Positions 23,916 through 38,046 of a stretch of 64,000 nt of DNA are shown here, piece by piece (position 1 is the stretch's first letter; each line of letters starts with the position of its first letter). Position numbers and translations under genes: made by a program. Origin of the DNA: Azolla caroliniana (taxonomy: Eukaryota; Plantae; Polypodiophyta). The notes under the pieces were generated by a model. That model did no database searches. It had not been told where the DNA came from and worked only from the letters and a program-made list of their open reading frames with translations. The stretch lies in NCBI GenBank assembly GCA_043228905.1, contig JBHGNT010000004.1, positions 16,306,001-16,370,000 on the forward strand, read 5' to 3'.

Positions 23916-25463
23916 TGTTGGTTGCTCATGGGACATTCCTTGAGGCGACCAATTCAACATTGAACCATGTGAAATGAGATTTAAATCAACCCATTGCCCA
24001 ACTTTTCAACCCAACCATTCTCCACAATATATATGTTAATGTCGTGGGTGTATATAGGACTCTGTTCTTGGGCTAAAAGTTCCATTCTGCCCATATTGTA
24101 TCTCTAGTGTGAACACTTAGTTAACTTAACTATATAAGTACGTAGCTGACTCTTGTAATGCAAGTTCGGTGGGTTGATGTAACGTTGTATCTCTCTGAGC
24201 AACACGTCTCTGTGTAACTATCTCTGTCTTATGTACATCTCTCTCCTTCTCTTTGTGTATATCTTCTTGATACAGGGGGAATGCACTATACCTCCCTTGT
24301 TACTTGTTTGCTAACTCCATAACTACAAGATCCATACATGCTTCTACATCAGTCGGCCCACATAATACAAAGACAACCGACCAAGACACATACAGTATCA
24401 TCAAAGTGGTATTACAGCTTGATTTGGAGTCCGACAGTAGTAGTAGCATCAACAGTAAGGAGAAGAACTGGCTGAAAGAAAAGACCAAGTCAGAAATCTT
24501 ACTTCCTACAAAACATGGCTTACATATGGCACAAGAGTGGAAATCCGGAAGTTTAACAACAAAAACTTTGCCCGATGGAAGGAGATGATGTGCTAAACAT
24601 CCGACATCTTACTTCCTCCAAAACATGGTTCAACATCTGGCACAAGAGTGGAAATCTGGAAGTTTGACGGCAAAAACTTTTCCCTCTAGAAGGAGATGAT
24701 GTAGGATGTGTTGAGCATCCGACACCAAATAGAGGCAATTCCGCACAATGACAAGACAACAAAGATGACAACAACAGAATGGCGAACACTTGATGAAATC
24801 GCGAACTCGACCATTTTAATACATTTGGCCGAAAATGTCTATTTCAACATGGCCAAAGAGACGATGGCTTACGCCCTATGGGAGAAGCTCCAAGCTGTGT
24901 ATGAAAAGTGTTGAGATATCAAGCTCAACTAAATTTAGCCATTTAGTTAACTACATTACTTAGTAGTTACCTAGATAGAATCTAGTTAGTGTGTTGACCT
25001 TTAAACCCTTAAATAGGATCTTGTACTTGTACGTAAGTGGGGATACATTCTAGATCCTCCACTACCAAGCTCATTTAATGTAGGACTTACATCCTTGTAC
25101 CTACATTCTCCTCACACATGTGCACCCTTGCACATGAGATCAATATATACCTCATCGTGGGCAATTTTGTAACTTGATGCTTATTAATACAAAGAAAGGT
25201 CTTTACTACACTCTTGTTAATCATCCCCCATTTATCTTATTGTTCATAAGTGTATATTCCTCTCTCACTTCCTCTCAGACACATACACACACATATCACA
25301 TAATCTTTCGTTGCTTATCACATACGTGATTAATTACTCACATAATTAACTACTAATTAATAGTTAGTTAATTACCTAATTATTAACAAAATGAAATTTT
25401 CTTCATCGAGACTCATACTGATCTGACAATTATCCAATATGAAGATGAAGGAATCAGAGCCGG
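23916..25463 (+). mobile_element. Ty1/copia 5' remnant (LTR ~23916-24403, PBS 24407, gag), same family as 13770-15420; interrupted twice
   Basis: PBS-like TGGTATTACAGC. Gag HLAENVYFNMAKET..LWEKLQAVYEK resumes after the solo LTR as KFSSSRLILI*QLSNMKMKE. There is an internal ~110 bp duplication at 24490-24720. Confidence 0.75.
24909..25388 (+). mobile_element. Solo LTR (copia-type) with a 5-bp TSD
   Basis: TGTTGAGA...ATTAACA, flanked by AAAAG/AAATG. Homologous to the minus-strand LTR at 32377-32575 plus 37774-38006. Confidence 0.8.
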
Positions 25464-25610
25464 TGTAAGGGTTTGTATACGGAAGCTTGTACACAAGACA
25501 CTACCGGCTCAGCCAGAACCGACAAGAGCCAGATAAAGAAGGCCGGTGAGAGTCTCTCACCGGATGAAGAGACAAATTTGTAAATAGAAGAAAAGATTGT
25601 TACATGCATA

Positions 25611-25675
25611 GGGCAGGATTCAAACCCTATACCTCCATGTAGATAGACCCCAACCTTACCATTGTACTAACTTAT
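25611..25675 (-). other. tRNA-like Pol III module in LTR U3 (family D, 5' LTR)
   Basis: Minus strand reads TTAGTACAATGGTAAG...GGAGGTATAGGGTTTGAATCCTGCC. Confidence 0.65.
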
Positions 25676-28600
25676 CCTGAGTGTTCTAAATATAGATTTA
25701 ATATTTAATACGTATAAGACCTTTATTTACGCCTACCTATATTAAAAGGTAAGTCATGCATATTTAGAATGCGTGAATACTTTATTTATAAGAAAAATGT
25801 ACACCAATAAAAAATTACTCGTGCACATCTAGCGAGCATGAGCACTATATTTAGGAAATAAAAGCATAGTGTAAAAGGCAACTCATGCACATTTAGTGTG
25901 CATGAACACTTTAGAAAAAGCATGAAGCTATGCTTAGCCTCTTCCATCCTTATATATGGAGGAGAGAAAGATGTATGGTGGTGTTGATTATTTTACAAGG
26001 ATTGATCAATCTAATATATTCGGGGGATTCACGAGTTTATCATCAAAATTCTCTTTCTTACAATCTAAATATTGATTAAGTACACTAAACACATGGGATT
26101 CACAAGTTTTATTTCTTACTTCTCTTTCTATCTATTCATAACTAGCCTTATATTGTATTCTTCTTTCTCCTAGTCCAAAACCTTAGTGGTTCCCACCCGA
26201 CTCACACAACGATCCGGAGCCGAAAGGCACGACACAAGTGGTAAACCCAATGTGAAACTGGGTGGCAAGGAGATGGAAAATCAACTAGGGGCTAACAACA
26301 TGATGGCGATGTTTGAGCGGATGCTACAAGAACAACGCACAATGTCGGAGATTACGACAGCAGTAGAGCGGCTCGTGCAACGGAACGGGCAATTCAACGT
26401 GAAAGACGTGTCACGAGATTTGCGAGATTACAAGGCGGAAATGCTACGGGGCGGGATTTCAGAAGGACTGCAAGTGGCATCCTTCAATCGGGTGGCGACC
26501 GACGGGCTTCAAGGGAGTATCCACAGGATACAGCAGCAAAATCCGACGTGGGAGGCATTTGAAAAGGCATTAAAGACCACATTCGCCATCGAGGACTCTT
26601 CCAAGGCAACGAGGAGGGGATTCAAAGATTGGGTGGAAACACCGGATAAGGGGATGAAGGTCCTCGATGTGTTTTTTTCATTCGAAAGTCGGTTCGGGAG
26701 GTTGTCTGCAAGAGATCAAGCTATCCTTGCACCAGACAAAGTGATCATGTTCCTACGAGCTGTGGACATCCGGGACCAGAAAGATCTTGGAGTGCTTTTG
26801 GAGGACACGACCACTGAGAGTGGCCTCACCGAAACATGGAAAAGCGTGCGGGATATCGTCGCGCGATACACGAAGAGGGGGCAATGGCTTGCTAGCGAAG
26901 AAAAGAGGGTTTTAGAACTGATTCCGAAACTGAGATCTGGATTGGAGGACCATCAACCGAGGGCTCAGGAGACTACGACCGAGAAGGGAATCGATGCAAC
27001 CACAGTGGAGCAGTTGCTGAAAGAAATGGAGAATCTGAAAATCGTGATGGTAAAGAAGTCAGATGACCGTCCCACAAGCTCCAAGTATATGGACCGTCAG
27101 TGCATATGGTGCGATAACACCGAGCACAAGGAGGCGTTACGACGGGATCTCATCTACTACGAGGGAAATCGGATCCATTTGATGGACTCTTGGAAGCCAC
27201 TCCGACCGAACTTCTGGAAAGGCAGCATGAAGAAGGCCCTCGAGGAGTAAATAGCGGCGAAAAGCAATTATGCGACAACCGCGGGAATACATATCGGGGA
27301 GTCATTGAGCGCAAATGTGTCTTTTTGGCCGGAAGTGCTAGAAAACCCCGAGAAAATTGGTTCCAATGATATCCGAAGCACCGCGGAAGGCATCCGTGAA
27401 GCTACAGGATGGCAGTGTCCCGTTGATAAGAATAGTGTACACGCCGCCGTATGCCAATTGCATGAGGTGTATGTAGACGAGAAACGACGGCGCACGGATG
27501 ATGCGGCCGAACCATCAAAGACACCAGAAAGCTGGAACTCCGGAGGGAAGGGGAAAGAAAAGATGATTCCGGCATTCAAACTCGCCTCGGACATTGAACA
27601 ACAAACGGACTTGAAAAAAGTGTTCGAGGAGAGAATCCTCGATAGCCGGGTGGAATTTTCACTTCGGGGGAGAACGCTCCAAGGGTAAATGTGAACACGA
27701 TTTTAATGAATGACACCGAAGTGGAGGACGAAATTCCGAACTCCCACTACGCAAGGCCACACTGGGCACGTGCAACTACGGAGACTCCGGTCCGAATTAG
27801 CAACATCAAAGAGCACGTGCTAGCATTGATTGATCACGGATCGGATATCAATTTGATGTCCAAGGAGTTCTACCAGAAGGGGAAGTGGCCTATAAACACT
27901 AACCATGGATGGAAGATCCGGGCAGCCACTAAAGCAACGGAAGATCTATTTGCGGCTTGTCCGGATGTGACGGTGAAGATAAGGGATGTCGAGATCGACC
28001 AAAATTTCTTCATACAAGACGAGGTCTCACATTCCGTGATCCTTGGGTAACCCTTTATCACGGCTTCATGGATGGAGACAAAGGTGCTCGATAGCGGTGC
28101 GGCTTTCGCACGAATTTGGAGCCAAAGCGGAGGGAAATCTGTCCAATTCCTAATTGTGCCGACAAATCATGAAAGGAACAAGAAAGAGCTCTTGTCCCAA
28201 ACAAGGATGAATTTTTAGAGCAGACTGTTGCGGAGTGGGGAAGTGATAGTCCTAGAAGCCCTGATACCCCACACAGGAAGAAAACTCTCAGAGCAAAACA
28301 AGTACGAATCGGTCCGGATGGGGCATCTACGTACACGGCCGTAACCGGAGGAAAGAAGAAAGAATACCGAAAAGTAGAGGATAAGTTGCGGTTGGCATCA
28401 ATAATAAAAGAAGACGAAGAAATCGTGGGGGTAGTTGAAGAAGTGTTCTATGGGAGCACGCTACAATGGCTTGAAGAGCTTGTGCAAGATAAAAGCCAAG
28501 GAGACCGGGTAGTTCCGGTGGAATCGGTTGAGATGTACGAGATCGTTGCAAAAATGGGGCCAGATGCGCTCCGCAAAGAAGAAGCAATGGTAAGTACGAA

Positions 28601-31600
28601 ATACAAGACCGTGGAGAAGAAAGTGAAACCGGTCGCAGGACTGTTACCCGCCGATAGCGAGCAAAAGAGGAAAGAAGTCTCGGGAGATCTGACACTTCGG
28701 AAGTCCGTGGATATCAGACATGCCTTCACGGATGAGACCTGAAAGAAACTATGGATCGGTGGAGGTGGTTTCCTTTTACAAAATGAAGAAGAACGATTCC
28801 GTGGGATGTTGGAACAACATGGGAAAGCAACTGTATTCACATCGAATGAGATAGGGTGCGTTGATCCGAAGATAGTGGAGCCGATGGTGATGTTCACGAT
28901 TAACCATGTGTCGTGGAACTTGAAGCCGATTCCAGTGCTGCGAGCGCACATTCCCAAAATCATCGACTTGCTCAAGGAGAAGATGGCGATGGGGATTCTA
29001 GAGCCATCAAACGCTCCATACTCAAATCGATGGTTTACGGTTCCGAAGAAGAATGGATCACTCCGATTTATCCAAGACTTGCAACTGGTGAACAAGGTTA
29101 CGATTCGAAACTCCGGAGTCGGTCCGATAGTGGACGAATTTGCGGAAGCATTTGCCGGTCGTGCGATATACTCCATCGGAGATCTATACTCGGGGTATGA
29201 CCAATTCCAACTAGCCGTGGAGAGCCGACACATCACTACCATGTAGACACCGATAGGATTAGTCCGAATGTGCACACTACCACAAGGAGCAACAAACTCG
29301 GTTGCACATATGATGAACGCGATGAACAAGGTGCTTCGAGATTGCATTCCAAAGATAACAATGCCGTTCCTAGATGATATTCCGATGAAAGGATGCGCAG
29401 TAGAAGAAAAAGATGAAACTATGGATGATCGGGGATGCCGAAAGTTCGTAGTCGACCATATTCGTGATTGCGAGAAAGTGCTTTGAAAGAAGATGTCCAC
29501 CTAACACTTTCCGGGAGAGAAATCGGCATTCGGGCAAGAAGAGATATTGGTAGTCGGACATCTATGTGGGCCCTACGGCCGAAGACCGTCACCAACCATG
29601 ATCGATGCGATTCAAGCTATGAAAGAAGTATGCGAGTCACAATCCGAAGTCCGAAGGTTTCTTGGAGCTTGTGCATTTTATCATATGGATTCCGCACTAT
29701 GCACATATTGCGGACCCACTCTATCACTTATTGTGGAAAGGGAAGAAGTTCGAATGGAAACCGGAACACACCAAAGCCATAAAGGAGCTCAAGACAACAC
29801 TACGGAGGGCTGAAGCACTTAAGAAGCCGAACTATGAGCGACCGATCATAGTAACGGTTGATACAAGTCCATCCGGGATCGGATGGGTCATCAATCAAGC
29901 CGACTCGGATGGTTTGGGATATCCGATCCGATTCGGAGCAAAGGTTCTCAACGAAAGGCAATGTGGATATGCACAAGTCAAAAGAGAATCATGGGGAGTC
30001 GTGTCGGCAATCAAATCGGATCGAGATTATTTGATCGGAGCCGAAGTAGTGATCGAAACAAATTGTCTTCTGATACTCGGGATGATGTGGTGTTGCACGA
30101 TACTGGAGGTGGCTATGCTAAGATGGATTGCATATGTTAAGTCGCTTAACCCGGACGTACGACACATCTCCGGAAAAGACAAAGCGGTAGCGGATATGCT
30201 ATCAAGGGCTCGGTTCGGAGACGACATAGCCAAATGCGATAATGAAAAAGTTTCTGAAGGCTACTTTGCTTCGGAGCACATATGCCGAGTAAATGTAATC
30301 CAAGAATTCCGAGAAGAAGAATACGAGGGAGAAAGCTTGATGATCAGGAAGGTGCTACAAGAGATTGAGGAATCATCGGACGATAAAGAGAAGAGAGCGG
30401 AGATCCGAAGGAAGAAGAGGCAAGTACAAAAGTTCTTCTTGAAAAATGGATTAATATGGAGGGAGCCGAAAAGACCGGATTGCATACCACTTCGAGTTGT
30501 CGGGACGAAAGAGCAATGAAACCGGATAATGTCCGAGTTTCACGAATCCGATTGGGCTGGACATCGAGGAACATGGGCAACTTTTGTGTAAATCAAACAA
30601 AAATATTGGTGGAAGAATATGTACAAAGATACAACAGAGTTCACAGAAAGCTGCGAGAAGTGTCAAATCTACTCCGGAGTTCAACACCGAGATGAGTTAC
30701 ATCCAACATTCTCACCGACAATCAACTTCAAATGGATGGTCAACATTGTAGCCATGCCAACTGGGATCGGACGAAAGAAGTACTTGGTGTTAGCTCGGGA
30801 AGATCTCACAAATCAAGTAGAAGGTCGGGCGCTACGAAGGAAAACGTGTTCTGCAGTATGCTAATTTCTTTTGGAGGAGGTCTTTTGCAGGTACGGGTGC
30901 GTAGGACAACTGATTGCGGATCGGGGAGAACTCGACTCTGATAAAGCTAGGGAATTCTTCACCAAACATGGAGTTCAGTTAACACTAACAACGGCATACA
31001 ATCTAGAGGCCAACAGGAAAATTGAACGAGGACATAGTCGATCGTCAAAGCACTTGCCAAAGCATGCTATGGAAGGTGAAGGATTGGCCGCAAATGCTCC
31101 CGTATGCACTATGGGTGGATCGGATGACGCATAGCTCCGTAACCGGTTATATGCCGATAGAACTTATGACCGGACAAGCACCGGTAATGTCGACGGAAAC
31201 CGCGATTGCGACATGGACAATGCTACCATGGAAGGAAGAGATGAGCTGGGAAGAACTACTAGTGGTCCGGATATGACAACTAGAGGGAAGACCGGAAGAC
31301 ATAGCGGAAGCAACTCGTAGTCGACATAAGGGGAGAATTGGAGAGTGCTACGAATGAAGGCGAATAATGAGCATCGGGAACTTCGGAAAATGCCGGAGGA
31401 TGTGCGGGTTTGGAGGGGGCGAGTGCCGTACTGCAATTCGCACACTACGTGAAAATTGCATTTTTGTCCCTCCGGATGGGACAAGGAAGAACCGGTAAGG
31501 AGAACCGGTGAGAACTGGATGAAGGAGGAACCGGCAAGGAGGACCCGGTAAGAACCGGATCAAGCAGAACTAGCAAGAGTCGCGGATAAAGAAGGCCGGC

Positions 31601-31650
31601 GGATGAAGAGACAAATTTGTAAATAGAAGGAAAGATTGTTACATGCATAT

Positions 31651-31714
31651 GGCAGGATTCAAACCCTATACCTCCATGTAGATAGACCCCAACCTTACCA
31701 TTGTACTAACTTAT
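31651..31714 (-). other. tRNA-like Pol III module in LTR U3 (family D, 3' LTR)
   Basis: Same module as 25611-25675. Confidence 0.65.
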
Positions 31715-32266
31715 CCTAAGTGTTCTAAATATAGATTTAATATATATAAGACCTTTATTTATGCCTACCTTTATTAAAAGGTAAGTCATGCATTTTTAGA
31801 ATGCGTGAATACTTTATTTATAAGAAAAATGTACACCAATAAAAAATTACTCGTGCACATCTAGCGAGCATGAGCACTATATTTAGGAAATAAAAGCATA
31901 GTGTAAAAGGCAACTCATGCACATTTAGTGTGCATGAACACTTTAGAAAAAGCATGAAACTATGCTTAGCCTCTTCCATCCTTATATATGGAGGAGAGAA
32001 AGATGTATGGTGTTGTTGATTATTTTATAAGGATTGATCAATCTAATATATTCGGGGGATTCACAAGTTTATCGTCAAAATTCTCTTTCTTACAATCTAA
32101 ATATTGATTAAGTACACTAAACACGTGGGATTCACAAGTTTTATTTCTTACTTCTCGTTCTATCTATTCATAACTAGCCTTATATTGTATTCTTCTTTCT
32201 CCTAGTCCAAAACCTCAGTGGTTCCCACCCGACTCACGCAACGATCTGGAGCCGAAGGGCACGACA

Positions 32267-32637
32267 ACGACACTATGGTAGCAGATAGCCAGAATTTGTC
32301 GTCAACGTTTCGAACACACAATTACGAAGAGGCGGATGGGCTTAGTAGATGTGCTAAACCACACGCTTTGATACCATGTAAATAATTAGGTATTTAAGCA
32401 GGGGTTAATTACTACCTAATTATGTGATTAAGTTAAGCGGAAGATTAAGTGATATGTGTGTGAGAGGAAGAGAGAGAGAACTACACTTATGAGCAACACA
32501 AGATGGGGGATGATTAACTCTATATTAAATTAGCATTATCATCATCAAATACAAAAATACCTACAATGAGGTATATGTAAAGAATCGATGGTGATTCTTG
32601 TGTAGCAGAATAGGTTAGAGATGTGCGTTGTGTGAGT

Positions 32638-32682
<45 letters not shown>

Positions 32683-35600
32683 GAGAGAAACACAAGATAG
32701 ATAGAATAGACAATGGGAAATACTCAAGAGGATGTATATTACAAAGGAGATTAACCGACCTATTACAAAGTACGAGAAGAGTGCTTTATATAGTCACCCT
32801 CTCTCTTCATTAACTATTGAAGCTCATGAGTCATGGGGAATGTTGAAACTCATTAGTTATGTGTCATAGAATATGATTCTATGACACATAGTTAATGTGT
32901 AAAGAGTAGTGGTGTGACTTTTGACTTTTGACCTTTGAGTGTTCATACACTCTCAAGGATGTGTTCACATACTAGGCTAGGTTGAGCTTGATTCTCAACA
33001 TGCCTCCTCAAGCTCAACTTTGGTCGGCTTGTCCGCTTTGGCTGGTACTCGGTTCAAACGTACTCCCCGTCAAGCTTGACAAGTCAAGGATCATCAATCC
33101 AAGGTCTAACATGAATTGTTGAAGCTTGTTGGCTCCTAAGGCTTTGGTGAAGATGTTGGCAATCTAAAGATTTGTGTTGATGTGTTGAAGTTCGACATTT
33201 CTAGCCTGAACACGCTCTTGAATGAAGTGATGGTGCACTTCGATATGCTTCGTGCATGCGTGGAACACCGGGTTCTGAGCCAGATGAATATTTCTCATGT
33301 TGTCGAAGTAAAGGGGAATCAGATCTTTGATGGGAATGCCCAGATCCTTCAATATCCTCTTGAGCCATACGGCTTCACATGCAGCCACCGCTACGCCCCT
33401 GTATTCGGCCCCTGTGATTGAAAGAGCGACGGTTGGTTGCTTCTTGCTGCTCCTAGAGTTGGCTCCACTTCCGAGGGAGAAGACGAAACCAGAGGTTGAT
33501 TGTCGATCGGCTTTGTAGCCATCCTAATCGACATCTATGTACCCTTCGAGTTGAATTTGTGTGGCCGACTTATAGAGAATGCCATAGTCCATCGTTCCAC
33601 TCACGTATCGTAACACTCCCTTAGCACAATCCAAATGGATATCTCATGGAGTTTGCATGAATTGGCTAAGGAGGCCGACCGGATAACTCAGGTCGGGTCA
33701 AATGATCGTGAGGTAGATGAGGTTCCCAATCAGTTGTTGATACGAAGTCAGCTCACACTCTGTGGTGCCGGAATCGGCATCCAATTTGAGGTTTCGATCG
33801 AGAGGGGTTGCCATAGATTTGCACTCAGTCATCCCGAACTTGTATAACAAGTTGAGGATGTAGTGTTGTTGAGAGATCAATACTCCGATTGGAGTCTGGA
33901 TCACCTCAATGCCAAGGAAGTAATGGAGCTATTTCATCTCTGTAATCTCGAATTTGTTGGAGAGGAGGGACTTGACCTTGTTAATGTCGACTAGATGCTC
34001 ACCTCCAATGACCAGATCATCCACGTATAGGGTGATGACAATTAGACTTTCGGAATTGCTTCTTGCATAGAGAGAATTGTCGAATTTTGACATTCGGAAG
34101 CCAATTCGATGAAGATATTGTGTTATCTTCGAGTGTCAAGCACATGGAGCTTGCTTAAGGCCGTAGAGAGGCTTCTTGAGTCAGCAGACAACTTTCAGAT
34201 GAATGTTGGATTCGAAGCTTGGTGGTTGTACCATGTACACCGGGGCAAAGGTCTCTTCATAGCTCACTCCCTGTGTTTGTGCGTAGCCCTTTGCTACGAG
34301 TCGAGCTTTGTAACGGTTAACGGAACCGTTGCCATTATACTTCACTTTGTATATCCATATGCAACCAATTGCCTTCTTGTGCGGTGAGTGAGGGACGAGA
34401 TCCCATGTCTCATTCTTGTTGAGAGGTTGCATCTTCTCGTTCATCGCTTTGACCCATTGCAGATCTTTAGCAGCGTCGGCAAAGCTCTCCGGATCTCGAA
34501 CTGTTGCCACATTCATCATAAAGGCATAGTGGTATGTCATATAGTCATTGTAGCCGAATCAGCTAAACGGATTCTTCTCTCGGGTGGAGCGACGGAGTTT
34601 CTCATTTGCCATTGTGAGTACTTTCTTAACTCCGGGTGACCTCATAAGAGGCACATTAAGGCCATCAAACTCACTATCGAGTGTGTGAGTCGATTCATTG
34701 TCGTCGAAGTGATCATCTTCATATTACTGCATTTTAGCCTTCCCTTTGTCCATCTTTGGACTTGGTCGAGATATGCTTTGGTTGCTCAGAGGCTCTTGTG
34801 GTCCGCTCAATCTGGTTGAGATCGGATTCGCTTCGAGTATTGACCTTAGTTGATCATCGTCTTCGTGTTGTCGAGGTCGTTCGTAGATGGTTCAGGAGGA
34901 GTCGGCTCGGATTTGTACCATGATGTCGATTCATCAAAGACGACATCTCGACTTACACGAGCCTTCCGAGTAGAGGGGTTGAAGCACTTCTACCCCTTTT
35001 GCTCCAGTGAGTACCCCATGAGGATGCACTTCTCTGATTTTGGGTCAAGCTTCTGCCACTTCTCATCGAGAATGTGCACGTATACAATGGAGCGAATATC
35101 CTTATATGGGATAGATCCAGCTTCTTCCCATAGTATTTCTCGTGCGGGGTGACCTCGTGCACTCCGGATGTTGTGCACCAGTTCATGAGGTAGACATCGG
35201 TATTTGCAGCTTTTGCCCAATATGACTTCAGCATATGCTTCTCATTTAGCATGGCCCTTGCTACTTCAAGGATGTGCCGATTCTTGCGTCCAGCTACACC
35301 GTTCTGTTGCGGTGTGTGTCGAGACAAGTGAATTCCCGCCCAATTCCTTCTTGTCGAAGTTATGCCGTGAACGCATCAGAGAAGTATTCCTTTTCTCCGT
35401 CCGATCGAAGACATCGTACATGGCGGCCAGTTGTCTTTTCGACTTCTCTTGTGAATTTTTGGAAGTGTGTAAACACTTCGCTCTTCATCCTCATGGGAAA
35501 GCTCCATGTGTATCTAGAGAAGTCGTCAATGAAGGTAACATAGTAGCGACATCCTCTAAATGTGGCTGTCTGTGCTGGTTCCCACACATCCGAGTGGACT

Positions 35601-37391
35601 ACGTCCAATAGGCCTTTGCTAACATTCCTCTCCTTTGGGAACAGGTGCCGATGTTGCTTGCCGAATTGGCATGCTTCACATACTCCTTCAATCTCTTTCT
35701 CTTTGAAGGTCGAGATCCCAATTACGACTCCTTTCGATTGCATCGCCTTGAGTTTGTTGAGATTGATATGACCAATTCTTTTATGCCATAGTTCCATGTT
35801 GGTGTCAGGTTTGAGGCCCTTTCCAAATGTGGTCGATTTTACCTCGTTTGCTTTGAGGATAAACATTCGGCCTTCCCTTCGAACACAAACAATTAGTCTG
35901 GCTTCTTTCTTGATGAAGCAACCACCTTGGTTGAATCGAACTTGCATCCCTTGCTCCACAATTTGGCCAACAGAGACCAAATTCTTCGTTATGGTGAGTA
36001 CATGTAAGAAATTTTTTATGCAAGTTTGTTCGCCGTCTTTCACAAATGTGACATTGCCGACATGTCGAATTGGATGAGTGGTGTCATCTCCGATCACGAC
36101 ATAACCGGGTCGATCCGACTGTCGTAAGGCTCGAAACCATTCTTGATGGGATGTCATATGGTTTGAGGCACCAGAGTCGACGAACCATACATTTTCCGGA
36201 TTGGAGGTATTAGTCAAAGTAGAGGCCGACATAGAATTTGCTCTATGTCTCATCACGAACGTTCCTCCATGGTCTTCATAATCGGAGTTGGTGGCGTAAT
36301 TTGTGAGTTTTCGGTTGGTGGAAGCCGACTCGCGCTTCTTCTTTAGGAACTCTTCTTCATGGTGGCCGATTTTTCTGCAGTATCTGCATTCGATCGAGGT
36401 TTGTTGGCTCGGACCGGAATGGAAGCTCCCCCTTCTTCCGAAGGTTCCTCGATGTCTTCCGTCTTGTTGTCGAAATTGCGAGTTGTATTCATAAGTCAGG
36501 CCTCATCCGCCTCGTCCTTGGCTGAATCGGCCTCTCCTTGCACGACTGTGTCCTCTTCCTCCGTTTGAGTGTGGGTAAAGCATGTGGCCTTCCGTGACGT
36601 TGCTCCTAGTTCGAACATGGTTTTCTTTGACCAACAACATGGATTGAAGATCGAAGGAGGGCAGATTCTCCCATGCTAGTACGACGGTCCTCATCGCGCC
36701 AAACCGTGGTACAAGGCCACCAAGGCATATTTGTACCATCTCAGCATCATCCACATTGACGCTTGTCGAGCTGAGCGAGTCGCAAAGCTCCTTGATCTTC
36801 AAGGTGTAGCTCGTGATGGACATATCCCTTTGTTGGATGTTGTTCAACTCTTGGCGGAGTTGAAGCTTTCTCGTGGTTGTGTTGGCGGCAAAAATCTTTC
36901 GTAGATTCTCCCACGCTTCCTATTGTGTCTCGGCTTCTCGAATGTAGCCGAGCATGTGGTCGTGAACACATGTCGCCAAACAATACATTACTCGACCCGC
37001 CGCTTGCTCCCATGTTGAGTAGTCAGCGTCCTTTGGGTCGGGTCGATTTTCTGGTGCTCCTTTGATGTAGCACCAATAACCTTGACCAACAAGGTATTGG
37101 TGCATCTTGTACTCCCAAGATGCAAAGTTTTTTCGATCTAGCTTCTCGTTAGGGAATGCGCTCCCCATTTGAGTATTCATTGTAGATGAATATTTCTTCC
37201 TTCTTCTTCTTTTTTCTCTCTCGAATACGAACTATGTAGTCGCACTACGTTAGCAATGGATCGGTTCTTTTCGAACGTCGGTGTAGAACACCACACAAGC
37301 GAATGGGCTAGATCGAGCCACCAAAGCCCGTTGATCCCATGTAAAGAATCGATGGTGATTCTTGTGCAGCGGAATAGGTTAGAGATGTGTA

Positions 37392-37462
<71 letters not shown>

Positions 37463-38006
37463 GAGAGAAACACAAGTTAGATAGAATAGAAAATGGAAAA
37501 TACTCAAGAGGATGTATATTACAAAGGAGATTAACCGACCTATTAAGAAGTACGAGAAGAGTGCTTTATATAGTCACTCTCTCTCTCCATTAACTACTGA
37601 AGCTCATGAGTCATGGGGAATGTGGAAACTCATTAGTTATGTGTCATAGAATATGATTCTATGACACATAGTTAATGTGTAAAGAGTAGTGGTGTGACTT
37701 TTGACCTTTGAGTGTTTATACACTCTCAAGGATGTGTTCACACACTAGGCTAGGTTGAGCTTGATTCTCAACAATATATATAGATCTCATGTGCATGGGT
37801 GCACATGTGTGAGGAGAATATAGGCACAAAAGTGCAAGTCCTACATTAAATGTACTTAGGAGTGGAGGATCTAGAATATCCCACTTAAGTTCAAGGTCCT
37901 ATTTAAGGCGTTATAGTCAACACTTCTAACTAGATTCTATCTACATAACTATGAAGTTACATGGTTAACTAACTAACTAAACTCAGTTGAGCTTAATCTC
38001 TCAACA
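32267..38006 (-). mobile_element. 5' LTR (38006-37774 + 32575-32377) and PBS/leader of a copia-type element, split by a younger copia insertion
   Basis: TGTTGAGAGATTAAGCTCAACT...ATTTACA followed by PBS TGGTATCAAAGC. Homologous to solo LTR 24909-25388. Confidence 0.75.
32576..37773 (-). mobile_element. Full-length decayed Ty1/copia element (5' LTR 37773-37340, 3' LTR 33000-32576)
   Basis: Gag EKLDRKNFASWEYKM; protease WFVDSGASNHMT; integrase VHSDVW..FIDDFSRYTW..SDG..PQQNG; RT YKARLVAKGY, YVDDL; RNase H TKHIEVHHHF. Paired LTRs; TSD GTATA/ATATA. Confidence 0.93.
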
Positions 38007-38046
38007 AGGTGTATATGGCACTATACATTGATGTTTTATCCCACGT

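Larger units (their letters stand above)
25464..32266 (+). mobile_element. Near full-length non-chromoviral Ty3/gypsy element (family D): 5' LTR 25464-26234, tRNA-Trp-type PBS, gag-protease, RT-RNaseH-integrase (broken), PPT, 3' LTR 31424-32266
   Basis: Protease LIDHGSDINLM; RT WFTVPKKNGSLRFIQDL..DLYSGYDQ..FLDDI; RNase H VDTSPSGIG..ADMLSR; integrase HES..GHRG..CEKC, ADRGE, KIERG. PBS TGGTAAACCCAATGTGAA; PPT GGAGGGGGCGAG; paired LTRs both end GCACGACA. Confidence 0.93.

Noticed and set aside
37855-37900. A/B-box-like motif in the copia-type LTR (TAGGAGTGG...AGTTCAAGGTCC)
   Set aside because: Spacing is too short and the B-box-like part is not kept in the sister LTR at 24909-25388.
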